Source: Alphaproteobacteria bacterium (GTDB lineage Bacteria > Pseudomonadota > Alphaproteobacteria > Rs-D84 > SZUA-605). From it: a DNA stretch of 50,055 bases. Below, one piece after another: positions 28,336 through 38,161 of this stretch. Made by a program: the position numbers and the translations under genes. The notes beneath the pieces are model-generated. The model did no database searches. It saw only the letters and a program-made list of their open reading frames with translations, and was not told the origin of the DNA. Location of the stretch: positions 1 to 50,055 of the forward strand of contig QKJL01000008.1 of the NCBI GenBank assembly GCA_003250835.1. Direction: 5' to 3'. The first letter of the stretch is position 1; each line of letters begins with the position of its first letter.

Positions 28336-29184
28336 ATGGCGAACAGCTGTAAATTTCCACAAAAGCCGCATGCAAAATATGCAGAGGTTTCTGATAAATT
28401 GTGGATGACATGTCGTGAATGTGGAGACATGATCTATTCTAAAAAATTTCATTCAAACTCAAAAGTGTGTCCATCATGTGGTTATTATGCCGCTATGACA
28501 CCTGTTGAACGTTTTGAATTATTATTTGATGGCGCTAAATTTGAAACAATTGAGATGCCAATTCCCTCAGATGATCCATTAAAATTTACTGATAAAGTAT
28601 CTTACGCTGATCGTTTGAAGAAATATCGTAAATCGACTGGGGAACAAGATGTGGTTCAAACTGCTGTTGGTAAAATTGACGGCGTTGAAACAGTTGTTCT
28701 TTGTTTTAATTTTGCTTTTATGGGCGGATCTATGGGACGTGCTGTTGGTGAAGGAATTATGAAAGCTGCGGGAGAAGCGTTAGCACGTAAAGCTCCGTTT
28801 GTGCTTATTCCAGCATCTGGTGGTGCCCGTATGCAAGAAGGTATTAATTCATTGATGCAAATGCCACGTACATTGATGGCAATTGAAGATCTTAAAAATG
28901 CAGGTCTTCCTTATATTGTTGTGTTAACGAATCCAACAACTGGTGGTGTAACAGCATCATTTGCAATGGTAGGCGATGTTCATATTGCTGAAAAAGGGGC
29001 TGTAATTGCTTTTGCTGGTCGTCGTGTGATCGAAGGCACTATTGGTGAAAAATTACCAGATGATTTCCAAACTGCGGAATATTTAAGAGAACATGGAATG
29101 GTTGATATTGTTGTTGAACGTTCTGAATTAAAATCAACACTTGGTAATGTTTTGTCATTACTGACAAATGTTAAAAAGAAATAG
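28336..29184 (+). CDS. accD: Acetyl-CoA carboxylase carboxyltransferase beta subunit
   Basis: It has an N-terminal zinc ribbon (CRECG...CPSCGYY) and the block GGSMG...GGARMQEG. Confidence 0.93.
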   Translation: MANSCKFPQKPHAKYAEVSDKLWMTCRECGDMIYSKKFHSNSKVCPSCGYYAAMTPVERFELLFDGAKFETIEMPIPSDDPLKFTDKVSYADRLKKYRKSTGEQDVVQTAVGKIDGVETVVLCFNFAFMGGSMGRAVGEGIMKAAGEALARKAPFVLIPASGGARMQEGINSLMQMPRTLMAIEDLKNAGLPYIVVLTNPTTGGVTASFAMVGDVHIAEKGAVIAFAGRRVIEGTIGEKLPDDFQTAEYLREHGMVDIVVERSELKSTLGNVLSLLTNVKKK

Positions 29185-29192
29185 GTGAAATT

Positions 29193-30071
29193 ATGGTACA
29201 ATTATTGCCTTTTGAAAAAAGTTTAGAAAAATTAGAAGTGGGAACACCTGCTTATGATAAAGAGTTGGCTTCAATTTATAACAAATTAAGTTCTTACCAA
29301 AAAACACTTGTGTCACGTCATGCGGATCGTCCACATGGTTTGGATTATATTAATCGTATTTTTACTGATTTCCAAGAATTGGCAGGTGATCGTTTTTATG
29401 GTGAAGATCAAGCATTGATCGGTGGATTAGCTCGTTTAGATGGAATGCCTGTTGTGGTATTGGCTCAGGAAAAAGGGCATGATATTGCAACTCGTCAAAA
29501 ACATAATTTTGGCTTAGCGAAACCAGAAGGGTATCGTAAAGCTATTCGTTTAATGAAAATGGCAGATCAATTTGGCTTACCTGTGATTTCACTTGTTGAT
29601 ACTGATGGTGCTTTCTGTGGTGCTGAATCAGAAGAACGTGGTGTTGGGGAAGCGATTGCTCAGGCAACGGCTCAATGTCTCCGTTTATCAGTTCCTATGA
29701 TTTCAGTTATTATTGGTGCTGGTGGATCTGGTGGTGCGATTGCGATTGCTGCTGCTGATAAAGTATTTATGTTAGAGCATTCAGTATATTCTGTGATTTC
29801 ACCAGAAGGATGTGCGTCTATTTTATGGCGTGATCCAATGATGAAAGAAGCTGCTGCTGATGCGATGAAAATTACTGCACAAGATTTGAAAAAGATGAAC
29901 ATTATTGATGGGATTATTGATGAACCTGTTGGTGGTGCTCAACGTGCACGATTTGATGCGATGGATTCAGTTAAAACATTTGTTGTTAAAGAATTAAAAG
30001 CATTGATGAAATTATCGTCTAAAGATCTTCAGACGCAACGTCGTAAGAAATATGACGCTCTGACTCGATAG
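29193..30071 (+). CDS. accA: Acetyl-CoA carboxylase carboxyltransferase alpha subunit
   Basis: It contains RHADRPHGLDYI...PVISLVDTDGAFCGAESEERGVGEAIA. Confidence 0.93.
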   Translation: MVQLLPFEKSLEKLEVGTPAYDKELASIYNKLSSYQKTLVSRHADRPHGLDYINRIFTDFQELAGDRFYGEDQALIGGLARLDGMPVVVLAQEKGHDIATRQKHNFGLAKPEGYRKAIRLMKMADQFGLPVISLVDTDGAFCGAESEERGVGEAIAQATAQCLRLSVPMISVIIGAGGSGGAIAIAAADKVFMLEHSVYSVISPEGCASILWRDPMMKEAAADAMKITAQDLKKMNIIDGIIDEPVGGAQRARFDAMDSVKTFVVKELKALMKLSSKDLQTQRRKKYDALTR

Positions 30072-30076
30072 ATTTA

Positions 30077-30105
30077 AAAAGGGCGTGTAACAGCGTCCTT
30101 TTTTA
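30077..30105 (+). terminator. Rho-independent terminator after accA
   Basis: AGGGCG-tgtaacag-CGTCCT forms the hairpin, followed by ttttt. Confidence 0.65.
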
Positions 30106-30107
30106 TT

Positions 30108-30181
30108 GGGGAATAGTTTAACGGTAGAACTATGGACTCTGACTCCATCAGTCGTGGTTCGAATCCACGTTCCCCAACCAA
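30108..30181 (+). tRNA. tRNA-Gln (anticodon CUG), CCA encoded
   Basis: A cloverleaf was folded by eye. The acceptor stem is TGGGGAA/TTCCCCA, with U1-A72 as is typical for Gln. The anticodon arm is ATGGA-CTCTGAC-TCCAT. The T arm is CGTGG-TTCGAAT-CCACG. Confidence 0.9.
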
Positions 30182-30183
30182 CT

Positions 30184-31599
30184 TTATCTTATTTTTAAGT
30201 TTTCTCGGAAATATTGCATTAAGTATTCAGGGTTGAGATTGTTTTTATTACATTCTTGCATGTATTCGAGACTAAGTTTATTCATATCTGGAATTGATAA
30301 ATATCCATTTTCTTGATATTTTTTCCAGTATTCATTTTCTGGATATGTTTGTTCATATTCTTGATAATCTTTTGTTCCTGGATAAAGGCTGAGTAGTGTC
30401 GGAGATAATAAATCACAGTATTTATAATTTCCTGCAATATATTGTAATTCTGTTTTCATTTCATCCAGCGTTTCTTCACTTTCATTGATGGACCCAATGA
30501 TTGTTTGGCAATTAAACCAGATTTGATTTTGTTCTAAGATATCAAATGTTTTATAGATATGTGTTTTGTTTTTTTGTGGTTTGTTTTGTTGTTTAAGGAT
30601 TTTTTCGTTAAAGCTTTCAACACCAAATGAAAATCCATAAATCCAGGCTTTTTTATATAAGTCTATATTTTCTTCATGGATGGAGATGAGATTTGATGAT
30701 ACTTGACGAGGCACTCTGTATTGATGTTGATTCATTAATTCAATATATCGTTCTAAATATTCGCGTTGTTCTTTTTGGCGGATAGGCATAAAGTTTGGTG
30801 CTTTATCAGCAATGACTCTTGGATGATTTTTTTTGACTAATTCTGCTTCGTATTCGATATATTCTTCAAGTGAGATATTTTTTTTGCGGGTTTCGCGATC
30901 TAAGCAGAATGAACATGGTTCTCCATTTAATTCTTTCCACGTACAATTTCCCGCGTAATAACCTTCTACTGTTAAATTTGGAATATGTGGAAATCTAAAA
31001 TCAAATTCTTGATTAAAGAGATTTTGAGTCCACTTTGTTATTTCAATTAATTTATTTGGGTACCATGAGATTACTTTTGGATGAATGAAGTTGTCATATG
31101 AAGCAAATTCTTTATCGTTTGTATTTGTTTGGCCTTTGTATATTTTTTGAAGATTATTATTTTCAATATCATTTAAGATTTCAGGTAAGATTTTTTCTCC
31201 ATCTCCAATTCCAATTACATCGGCAGGCAGTTTTCCATTTATGGTATTTTGTGTAAATGCTTCCGGCATTAGATTTACCTGCATCCCACCAAGGAGTGTT
31301 GTGATTTTATTTCCGTATTTTTCTTTTAGCATGCGCATGATTTCTAAGGCATGTTCAGCGGTGTCATTTGTGATAGAAAAGCTGATGGCTATTTTTTCAT
31401 TATTTTTGAGAGCTTTTTTAATATGGTGATGTAGATTGTAATTAAAATCTTGTGAGCCTAAAAAATATTCATCCAGTACTATATTGCTTGTTTCGTTTTT
31501 TGAAGCGATTTGTGATAATGTTCCCGCTGTTATTGATGGGAATTCATGTCTTTTTCTTTTTTGTTCTTCGTGGGCGCAATAAGTGATAATTAATTGCAT
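30184..31599 (-). CDS. Radical SAM-like enzyme with an N-terminal B12-binding-like domain and an atypical Cx9Cx2C cluster
   Basis: The N-terminus is Rossmann-like (IAISFSI...LLGG...VIGIGDGE). The only clustered cysteines are GNCTWKELNGEPCSFC. Downstream lies the rSAM-like block GFSFGVESFNEKIL. The stop codon is 2 nt from the tRNA-Gln CCA. Confidence 0.7.
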   Translation of the reverse strand: MQLIITYCAHEEQKRKRHEFPSITAGTLSQIASKNETSNIVLDEYFLGSQDFNYNLHHHIKKALKNNEKIAISFSITNDTAEHALEIMRMLKEKYGNKITTLLGGMQVNLMPEAFTQNTINGKLPADVIGIGDGEKILPEILNDIENNNLQKIYKGQTNTNDKEFASYDNFIHPKVISWYPNKLIEITKWTQNLFNQEFDFRFPHIPNLTVEGYYAGNCTWKELNGEPCSFCLDRETRKKNISLEEYIEYEAELVKKNHPRVIADKAPNFMPIRQKEQREYLERYIELMNQHQYRVPRQVSSNLISIHEENIDLYKKAWIYGFSFGVESFNEKILKQQNKPQKNKTHIYKTFDILEQNQIWFNCQTIIGSINESEETLDEMKTELQYIAGNYKYCDLLSPTLLSLYPGTKDYQEYEQTYPENEYWKKYQENGYLSIPDMNKLSLEYMQECNKNNLNPEYLMQYFRENLKIR

Positions 31600-31904
31600 T
31601 AGTAATTCACCGTTACATTAATTTTGTTTTTATCATTATGGTTGATTGCTATTTCTAAATTTTCAGAATTTTGTTTAAGATTTTTATTTATTGTATCAAT
31701 TGCATCTGAAATCAGGTTATGATCAAAGTATGTTTGATTTTTAATTTGCATTGTTTGGATTACAGCATTACTGATTGTTGTGCTTGGAACATTGATACGT
31801 TCTAATCTTATAATTTCAACACCGGCACGTCCATTAATCATTGTTGCATGGATGGGTGTTGTTAGACAAAGTAATAAAATGGTTAGCCAGAGCTTTTTTT
31901 CCAT
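31599..31904 (-). CDS. Small secreted protein (about 101 aa), translationally coupled to the radical SAM gene
   Basis: I prefer the start MEKKLWLTILLLCLTTPIHA (a signal peptide). Its stop overlaps the rSAM start (TAATG). I recognised no family. Confidence 0.5.
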   Translation of the reverse strand: MEKKLWLTILLLCLTTPIHATMINGRAGVEIIRLERINVPSTTISNAVIQTMQIKNQTYFDHNLISDAIDTINKNLKQNSENLEIAINHNDKNKINVTVNY

Positions 31905-32066
31905 TTGGATAATCTTTTGTTTTTTATCCTTATTTTCTTTCTCTGTTTTTACTTTTACTCGATTTTTTAAAAGAGTCAAGTTTTTGCTTAGGAATTCATT
32001 TTTCCTGCTTGCAACTTGATTTTCTTTTTGTTACCGTTAAGGCGTATTAATTTTAAGGAGATCATT

Positions 32067-32708
32067 ATGAATAAATCAGTTTTATTTACACTTGTATCAG
32101 TGATGGCTTTGTCAGCGTGTACGACACAAAATGCTTATACTGGGGAAGAACAAACATCTAATTCTACTTGGGGTGCATTGGCTGGGGCTGCTGTTGGTGC
32201 GGCTATTGGTTCAACGGAAAGTCGAGAAGCTGCATTAGCAGGTGCTGCCGCTGGTGGTTTAATTGGTGCTGGTATTGGAGATTATATGGATGATCAAGAA
32301 GCGGATCTTCGTCGAGAACTTATGGCATCAGGCGTTCAAGTGAAACGTTCTGGTAATACTCTCACATTAATCATGCCAGGAAATATTACATTTAAAACAG
32401 ATTCAGCGTCAATTCAATCTGATTTCTATCCAACATTAAATTCTGTTGCGAAAGTATTTAAAAAGTATGATAAGACAACTGTTCAAGTAATTGGACATAC
32501 AGATAATACTGGTTCTTTGTCATATAATAAGCAATTGTCTTATTCTCGTGCAGATAGTGTTGCAAAATATTTATTAGGTCAAGGATTGTCATCACGTCGT
32601 TTTATGGTGCAAGGTATGGGTGAAGGTTCTCCGATTGCATCAAATAGTACTTCATCAGGACGCGCATCTAATCGTCGTGTAGAAATTAAAATTATTCCAA
32701 ATAAATAA
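32067..32708 (+). CDS. OmpA-family lipoprotein with a glycine-zipper region
   Basis: The ATG lies after aaggag. It has the lipobox LSAC and a Gly-zipper (GALAGAAVGAAIG...GAAAGGLIGAGIG). The OmpA_C motif reads TFKTDSASIQ...GHTDNTGSLSYNKQLSYSRADSV...NRRVEI. Confidence 0.85.
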   Translation: MNKSVLFTLVSVMALSACTTQNAYTGEEQTSNSTWGALAGAAVGAAIGSTESREAALAGAAAGGLIGAGIGDYMDDQEADLRRELMASGVQVKRSGNTLTLIMPGNITFKTDSASIQSDFYPTLNSVAKVFKKYDKTTVQVIGHTDNTGSLSYNKQLSYSRADSVAKYLLGQGLSSRRFMVQGMGEGSPIASNSTSSGRASNRRVEIKIIPNK

Positions 32709-32727
32709 TTTTAGAATTGTATTTTTT

Positions 32728-32757
32728 AAGCCTCTCTGTTTTCACGGAGAGGCTTTC
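32728..32757 (+). terminator. Rho-independent terminator
   Basis: AAGCCTCTC-tgttttcacg-GAGAGGCTT forms the hairpin, followed by tctct. Confidence 0.7.
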
Positions 32758-32820
32758 TCTTGACAATATTTAAATTTGTTTTATATTTCTTAGCTAATTT
32801 AAATTATTAAATAATTATGT

Positions 32821-33276
32821 ATGAAAAATTTAATTTTTTTCTTTAGTTTAGTTATTTTTGTTTCATGTAACACTGATGCAAAATTACCTGTTTTAAGCGT
32901 TAATGATATTGAATCAATTAATGTATGCATTAGTAATGTGACCCCCGAAATTTTTTTAAATCATAAAGGTACTCTTGTGATTAAAAATAAAATATCAGGG
33001 ATGCAGAGTGCGGAATTGATCGATGTTGGTCATATATTGATTTCAGCAGATCAGTTTGTTTTTTCATTAAAGTATCATGAGTACTTGGAGTATGTTGTTT
33101 ATAAAGGTGACTCGCTTATCTCTTATCATTTTGATTTGAATAAAGAAAATAAACCAATTGCAGTATCTGGACTTGTTACTAATAAAAAAACTTCTTTTTG
33201 TAATGAGTTTAACTGGGATGAAACGGATGAAAATTTATTGGCTCTTTTAGAGTCTGCAAATCAATTTAAATTTTAA
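32821..33276 (+). CDS. Hypothetical lipoprotein-like protein (151 aa)
   Basis: It has a signal peptide ending VSC and is very AT-rich. I recognised no family. Confidence 0.5.
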   Translation: MKNLIFFFSLVIFVSCNTDAKLPVLSVNDIESINVCISNVTPEIFLNHKGTLVIKNKISGMQSAELIDVGHILISADQFVFSLKYHEYLEYVVYKGDSLISYHFDLNKENKPIAVSGLVTNKKTSFCNEFNWDETDENLLALLESANQFKF

Positions 33277-33279
33277 TAA

Positions 33280-33309
33280 AAAAAGGTACGAATTAATTCG
33301 TACCTTTTT
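33280..33309. terminator. Bidirectional terminator
   Basis: The sequence aaaaAGGTACGAATTAATTCGTACCTttttttt is a perfect palindrome. Confidence 0.8.
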
Positions 33310-35586
33310 TTAGAATTGTGTTCCGAATGAAAGGCGGAATGGTTCGATTTCGTCATACCATTCTTTTTCAATTGCTTTTGCCCATGAGATATTAATTTCG
33401 CCCATTGGAGTATTCCATTTGATTCCTAATCCAATTGATACACGTACACTTGGATCGTAAAGTACTTGGCTTGGATCTGTTGTTCCATAATCAGGTTCAC
33501 CCATCCATCCATAGTCAGAGAAAATAAATCCGCTTACTTGGTATTCTTTTGGTAATCCAACAGGAAAGTTTTGTTGAAGTGTTCCATTCACTTTTGAATA
33601 TCCACCGTATGCGTAATCAAGATTTACGGCTGAACGTGCCCCGATTCCAGCAATATCAAATCCACGTAAGTTATCTCCCCCGAGATAGTAACGGTATGAA
33701 CGTTTGATGTATTTATCTTGGATTGGCCAAATTTTTCCAGCTGTTAATGAAAATCCAAGTTGATATTCTTTGTCCCAGAAATTATGAGAAAGGCTTAATG
33801 ATGTTTCTCCACGGATGAAATTTTCATCTCCTTTCATTCCTGCATAATCTATTTTACCCGTTGCGTAGATTCCATTTTTTGTCATATTTACATAGTCTGT
33901 TTGCATATCTACATAACTGATGCTTTTTGAAATCATATAAATATCTACTTCACCTTCTTCGTCTTGGATATCAGCAGGTGCACCAGTTGATACATTTGTA
34001 ATGTCGTCAGAATTTGCGCTGAAGCGTAAAAGGCTTCGTAACTTTTCAGTGTATGCCCATCCTAAACGAAATGATGCCCCGTAACTTTGCATATCATATC
34101 CATAGTCATCTGAATAACGATAGTATGTATAATCGATATCAAATCCAGCAGATAATTCACGGTTTAAGAAATATGGTTCTGTGAAACTTAATAAGAACTT
34201 ATTTCGTTTTTCAGAAATCACAGAAGTTAGTCCGAGTGTTTGTCCTTTACCCATGAAATTCTTTTCTTGGATTCCAGCGTCTAACATTGCTCCGTTTAAT
34301 GTAGACCATCCAAAACCGAAATTTAATTCACCTGTTGGTTGTTCTTCTACTGTTGTTGAAATATTAATACGATCTTTTTGCACTGGATCTGTACTTGTTT
34401 TAATATCCACATTTTTAAAGTAGCGTAATCCCATTAAACGTTGTTTTGTACGACGGATTTTTGATAAATCAAATGCGTCTTGTTCTTTTACACGGAATTC
34501 ACGTTCGATTACATAATCCATTGTTCGACTGTTTCCATGGATATCGATACGGTTAATGTATATTTTTGGTGTTTTATTAATTTTAAATGTAATTCCTACT
34601 GTATTTTTTTTATCATCTTTTTGTGGAATAATATCAACTTTTCCAAATGCATATCCTTTATTATTAATAAATTCACTAATTTGTTCTTTTGTTTTTTCAA
34701 TATCATCGATGTTGTAAAATTCACCTGATTTAAATTCGATTAATGGTTTTAATTTTTCTACATGTACATCATCCAATGTATTTTCAATGTTAACGTCTCC
34801 GAATTTATAACGCGGTCCTTCTTCAACAGTGATGTGCATGTAATACCCTTTGCGATCAGGTGTCATATTTGCATCCACTTTTGTGATTTTAAAATCTACG
34901 TATCCGTTGCGGAGGTAAAATTGTTTTAGTAATTGACGGTCATATAAAATACGATCAGGATCATATGTATCAAATGAGCTTAAGAAACGCCACCAGCGTT
35001 GTTCACGTGATAAAATAACTTCTTTTAATTTTCCTTTATGGAATGCTTCGTTTCCAGAAAAGTCAATTTTCTTAATATATGTTTTATCATCTTCTTTTAT
35101 TTCAAATACAAGGTCTACTCGGTTTTGATCTTTTTTAATAATCTTTGGTTCAATTGATACGGTAAACATTCCGCTGCGTTTATATAATTCTAGCATACGA
35201 GAAATCGCACTTTGAGTAATTGCTGCAGAGTATGTTTGGCGTGGTTTTAGACCTGTTTCCATTTTTAATGTATCATCATCAATTTCATCATTTCCTTCGA
35301 AGCTGATACGATTGATCGTTGGATTTTCTTTTACCGTAATATTTAGTGTTGATCCTTTTGTACGTACATTTACGTCTTCGAACCAATCTGTTGCATATAA
35401 TTTTTTAATGATTTTATTGAGTGTTGATGGACGTATATTTTCGCCTTTTTTCACACCTGTTTCTGCGATGATACTTTCTTTGCTAAGACGTTTATTTCCA
35501 TCCACGGTGATATTTGAAATCGTTACCGCGTGTGCAGATACTGACATTAAAAGAGTAATGATAAAAATAAATATATGACGTTTCAT
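33310..35586 (-). CDS. bamA: Outer-membrane protein assembly factor BamA
   Basis: The protein is 758 aa with a signal peptide. It has repeated POTRA-like modules, starting with I..I.V.GN.R. It has a C-terminal barrel ending ...RLSFGTQF. Confidence 0.95.
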   Translation of the reverse strand: MKRHIFIFIITLLMSVSAHAVTISNITVDGNKRLSKESIIAETGVKKGENIRPSTLNKIIKKLYATDWFEDVNVRTKGSTLNITVKENPTINRISFEGNDEIDDDTLKMETGLKPRQTYSAAITQSAISRMLELYKRSGMFTVSIEPKIIKKDQNRVDLVFEIKEDDKTYIKKIDFSGNEAFHKGKLKEVILSREQRWWRFLSSFDTYDPDRILYDRQLLKQFYLRNGYVDFKITKVDANMTPDRKGYYMHITVEEGPRYKFGDVNIENTLDDVHVEKLKPLIEFKSGEFYNIDDIEKTKEQISEFINNKGYAFGKVDIIPQKDDKKNTVGITFKINKTPKIYINRIDIHGNSRTMDYVIEREFRVKEQDAFDLSKIRRTKQRLMGLRYFKNVDIKTSTDPVQKDRINISTTVEEQPTGELNFGFGWSTLNGAMLDAGIQEKNFMGKGQTLGLTSVISEKRNKFLLSFTEPYFLNRELSAGFDIDYTYYRYSDDYGYDMQSYGASFRLGWAYTEKLRSLLRFSANSDDITNVSTGAPADIQDEEGEVDIYMISKSISYVDMQTDYVNMTKNGIYATGKIDYAGMKGDENFIRGETSLSLSHNFWDKEYQLGFSLTAGKIWPIQDKYIKRSYRYYLGGDNLRGFDIAGIGARSAVNLDYAYGGYSKVNGTLQQNFPVGLPKEYQVSGFIFSDYGWMGEPDYGTTDPSQVLYDPSVRVSIGLGIKWNTPMGEINISWAKAIEKEWYDEIEPFRLSFGTQF

Positions 35587-35594
35587 GTGCTTTA

Positions 35595-36653
35595 TTAGCC
35601 TCCGATTGCTCTGATAATGTCGTTAATAGTTGCGTATACCATAATGAATGCAAGGAATGAAAATCCAATAATGCTGAATGCTTGGAATACTTTTTCATTT
35701 AAAGGTTTGCGTGTGATTCCTTCGACTGCTAAGAACACAAGGTGTCCCCCATCCAATACTGGGATTGGAAGTAAGTTCATTAAACCTAAGTTAATTGACA
35801 AGAATGCAATTAAGAATAGAAAGCTGTACCATCCTGCGTTTGCAGCATCTTTTGATACCTCTGCAATTTGGATAAATCCACCGAGTTCTTTACCAGAGCG
35901 TTCGCCTTTTACCATTTGATTAATTACACGGAAGAGGGCTGTTAATTGATTTGAAAATTCTTTTCCTGCTTCTGTGAATGATTTTGAAAATGGTACTTTT
36001 TCAAAGTCATCTTTTTTTACAGATGTTTGGATACCAATTAAATATTGTTCATCTTTTTTTACAGGTGTTAATTTAACTGTTTTAATTTTATTGTCGCGTT
36101 TGTATTGTACGGTTAATTCTTTTCCATTTGATAATCCTACTTCGGCTTGAAGGTCACGGAATTTTTCAATTTTACGATTATTTACTTGGATGATTTTATC
36201 ACCTGATTTTAATCCTGCTTTTGCAGCGGGCATATCAACAGATACTTTATCAATGATTGTTGGTGTTTTTGGAACACCCGCGAATGCGAATAATCCCCAA
36301 ATGATAATGAAGGCACTGATGAAATTAAATAATGGTCCACCAACCACAATAGAGGCACGTTGCCAAATTGATTTAAATTGGAAGTGTTCTGATTTGTTTT
36401 TTACATTCTTTGCTTGTTTGATTTCAGTTGGTACATCTTCTTGACCATACATTTTACAATATCCACCGAGCGGGAATGGTGCGATTTTCCAACGTGTTCC
36501 ATGTTTATCTGTCCAACCGAAAATTTCTTTTGATCCCATTCCGATTGAAAATGTTTCTACGCGTACGCCATTTAAACGTGCAAATAAAAAGTGTCCATAC
36601 TCATGGATGAATACACAAAATCCAAGTACAATTAAAAAGTAAATAATAGTCAT
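35595..36653 (-). CDS. rseP: RIP zinc metalloprotease RseP
   Basis: It has the HEYGHF motif, a PDZ region and a C-terminal LNLLPIPVLDGG motif. Confidence 0.93.
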   Translation of the reverse strand: MTIIYFLIVLGFCVFIHEYGHFLFARLNGVRVETFSIGMGSKEIFGWTDKHGTRWKIAPFPLGGYCKMYGQEDVPTEIKQAKNVKNKSEHFQFKSIWQRASIVVGGPLFNFISAFIIIWGLFAFAGVPKTPTIIDKVSVDMPAAKAGLKSGDKIIQVNNRKIEKFRDLQAEVGLSNGKELTVQYKRDNKIKTVKLTPVKKDEQYLIGIQTSVKKDDFEKVPFSKSFTEAGKEFSNQLTALFRVINQMVKGERSGKELGGFIQIAEVSKDAANAGWYSFLFLIAFLSINLGLMNLLPIPVLDGGHLVFLAVEGITRKPLNEKVFQAFSIIGFSFLAFIMVYATINDIIRAIGG

Positions 36654-36666
36654 TTCAATAATTCCT

Positions 36667-37506
36667 TTATATTAAAAATCTGATCCATGCGATGAAAGAT
36701 ATGATGAACAGAATGAAGTAGAGACTGTCTAAGCGGTCCCATAATCCCCCATGTCCAGGGATTAGATTAGACGAATCTTTTACATTGTTCAAGCGTTTAA
36801 TGTATGATTCAAATAAATCTCCTGCTTGGGCGAGGATTGATAAAATTCCAGCCGTTACAATTGTGTGTACAATTGATGGAAAGATTGGAAAAAATGCGTT
36901 TAAAATTATTCCAAATGCCATTGATGTTAATACGGCTCCACCAGCTCCTTCCATTGTTTTGTTTGGACTGATTGATGGGCTTAATTTTGTTTTTCCCCAT
37001 TTGCATCCAATTAAGTAGGCTGAAGTATCTGTGATGATTGTGTTTGCGATAATGAAGCCTAGCATATAGATGATGAAATCTGATAAATACATAAATGGTA
37101 AAAAGAATGTTAAGAATCCAAATATCCATAAAAAGAAGAATGTTGTTGCACCCAACCAAATACGTTTATTGCGTGGTAATATTTTGAATGTTGCAAATAC
37201 ATTTATGAGTGAGATTAGTATAATAACACGTGGATCAAAGTTAACGTAATAACATATTCCAAGTGTTATAATTGTTATGATTAATGATTGAATACGTTTT
37301 TGTAAAAACAAATTAATCATTTCGAAAAATAAGATTGCATGGATGGCGTGTATGGCTGGTTCGAAAATAAAATATTTTCCACGGTTAATTAAATCCCATC
37401 CCATAATCATGAGAATACCAATCAATACAATGCTTGATGCGATACGTGTGTATAAATTAGATTTTGCCAAAGCGGCGATTGCGTTTTTCAAAAACATCGA
37501 AAGCAT
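36667..37506 (-). CDS. cdsA: Phosphatidate cytidylyltransferase
   Basis: The signature SYIKRLNNVKDSSNLIPGHGGLWDRLDS is present. The start is uncertain because it overlaps the uppS 3' end by 40-50 nt. Confidence 0.88.
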   Translation of the reverse strand: MLSMFLKNAIAALAKSNLYTRIASSIVLIGILMIMGWDLINRGKYFIFEPAIHAIHAILFFEMINLFLQKRIQSLIITIITLGICYYVNFDPRVIILISLINVFATFKILPRNKRIWLGATTFFFLWIFGFLTFFLPFMYLSDFIIYMLGFIIANTIITDTSAYLIGCKWGKTKLSPSISPNKTMEGAGGAVLTSMAFGIILNAFFPIFPSIVHTIVTAGILSILAQAGDLFESYIKRLNNVKDSSNLIPGHGGLWDRLDSLYFILFIISFIAWIRFLI

Positions 37507-38155
37507 CCTTTAATTTATCTTTTGTAAATTCTGGGAAAGAGAATTTTGGAAAATAAAATTCACTGTAATTCATTTGCCATGGCATGAAACCACTGAGGCG
37601 TTGTTCCCCACTTGTACGAATAATTAAATCAGGGTCTGGGAGACCAGCTGTCCATAAGTGTTGTTCAATTGTTGCTTCGGTAATATCTTCTGGTTTTATT
37701 CCGCTTGTGACAATTTCTTTGACTGCATTTAAAATTTCAGCACGTCCACCATAGTTGAAACAAAGATTTAAAATCATTCCAGTATTATTTTTTGTTTCTT
37801 CTTCCATTTTTTCATACATTTCAATTACGTCTTTTGGTGCTGGTGCGCCACGTAATCCGCATAGGCGGAAACGAATGTTCTGATCAATTATTTTTTGACG
37901 TGTTCTTTTTAAGTGAATTCGGCCAAGGCGCATCAACCATGAAACTTCTGTTTCAGAGCGTTTGAAGTTATCAATTCCCATTACCCAAAAAGACATTACT
38001 GGGATGCCTAGTTTTTGTCCTTCTTCTGCTAATTCAGATACGCGTTTAGCACCTTCTTCATGGCCTTGCATTTCAAGTTTACCATTTTCACGTGCCCAAC
38101 GACGATTTCCATCACAGATGATTGCAAGATGCTTTAATGTTTTCTCCTCAGCCAT
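37457..38155 (-). CDS. uppS: Undecaprenyl diphosphate synthase
   Basis: It contains HLAIICDGNRRWA and ...IRTSGEQRLSGF. Confidence 0.93.
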   Translation of the reverse strand: MAEEKTLKHLAIICDGNRRWARENGKLEMQGHEEGAKRVSELAEEGQKLGIPVMSFWVMGIDNFKRSETEVSWLMRLGRIHLKRTRQKIIDQNIRFRLCGLRGAPAPKDVIEMYEKMEEETKNNTGMILNLCFNYGGRAEILNAVKEIVTSGIKPEDITEATIEQHLWTAGLPDPDLIIRTSGEQRLSGFMPWQMNYSEFYFPKFSFPEFTKDKLKDAFDVFEKRNRRFGKI

Positions 38156-38161
38156 GTTTGC

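Noticed and set aside
30108-32066. A genomic island integrated at tRNA-Gln (and similarly at tRNA-Thr, 44788-44862).
   Set aside because: There is no integrase gene, and I found no direct repeat of either tRNA 3' end in the flanking intergenic regions. Only the compositional impression remains, and that is reported under findings rather than as a mobile element.
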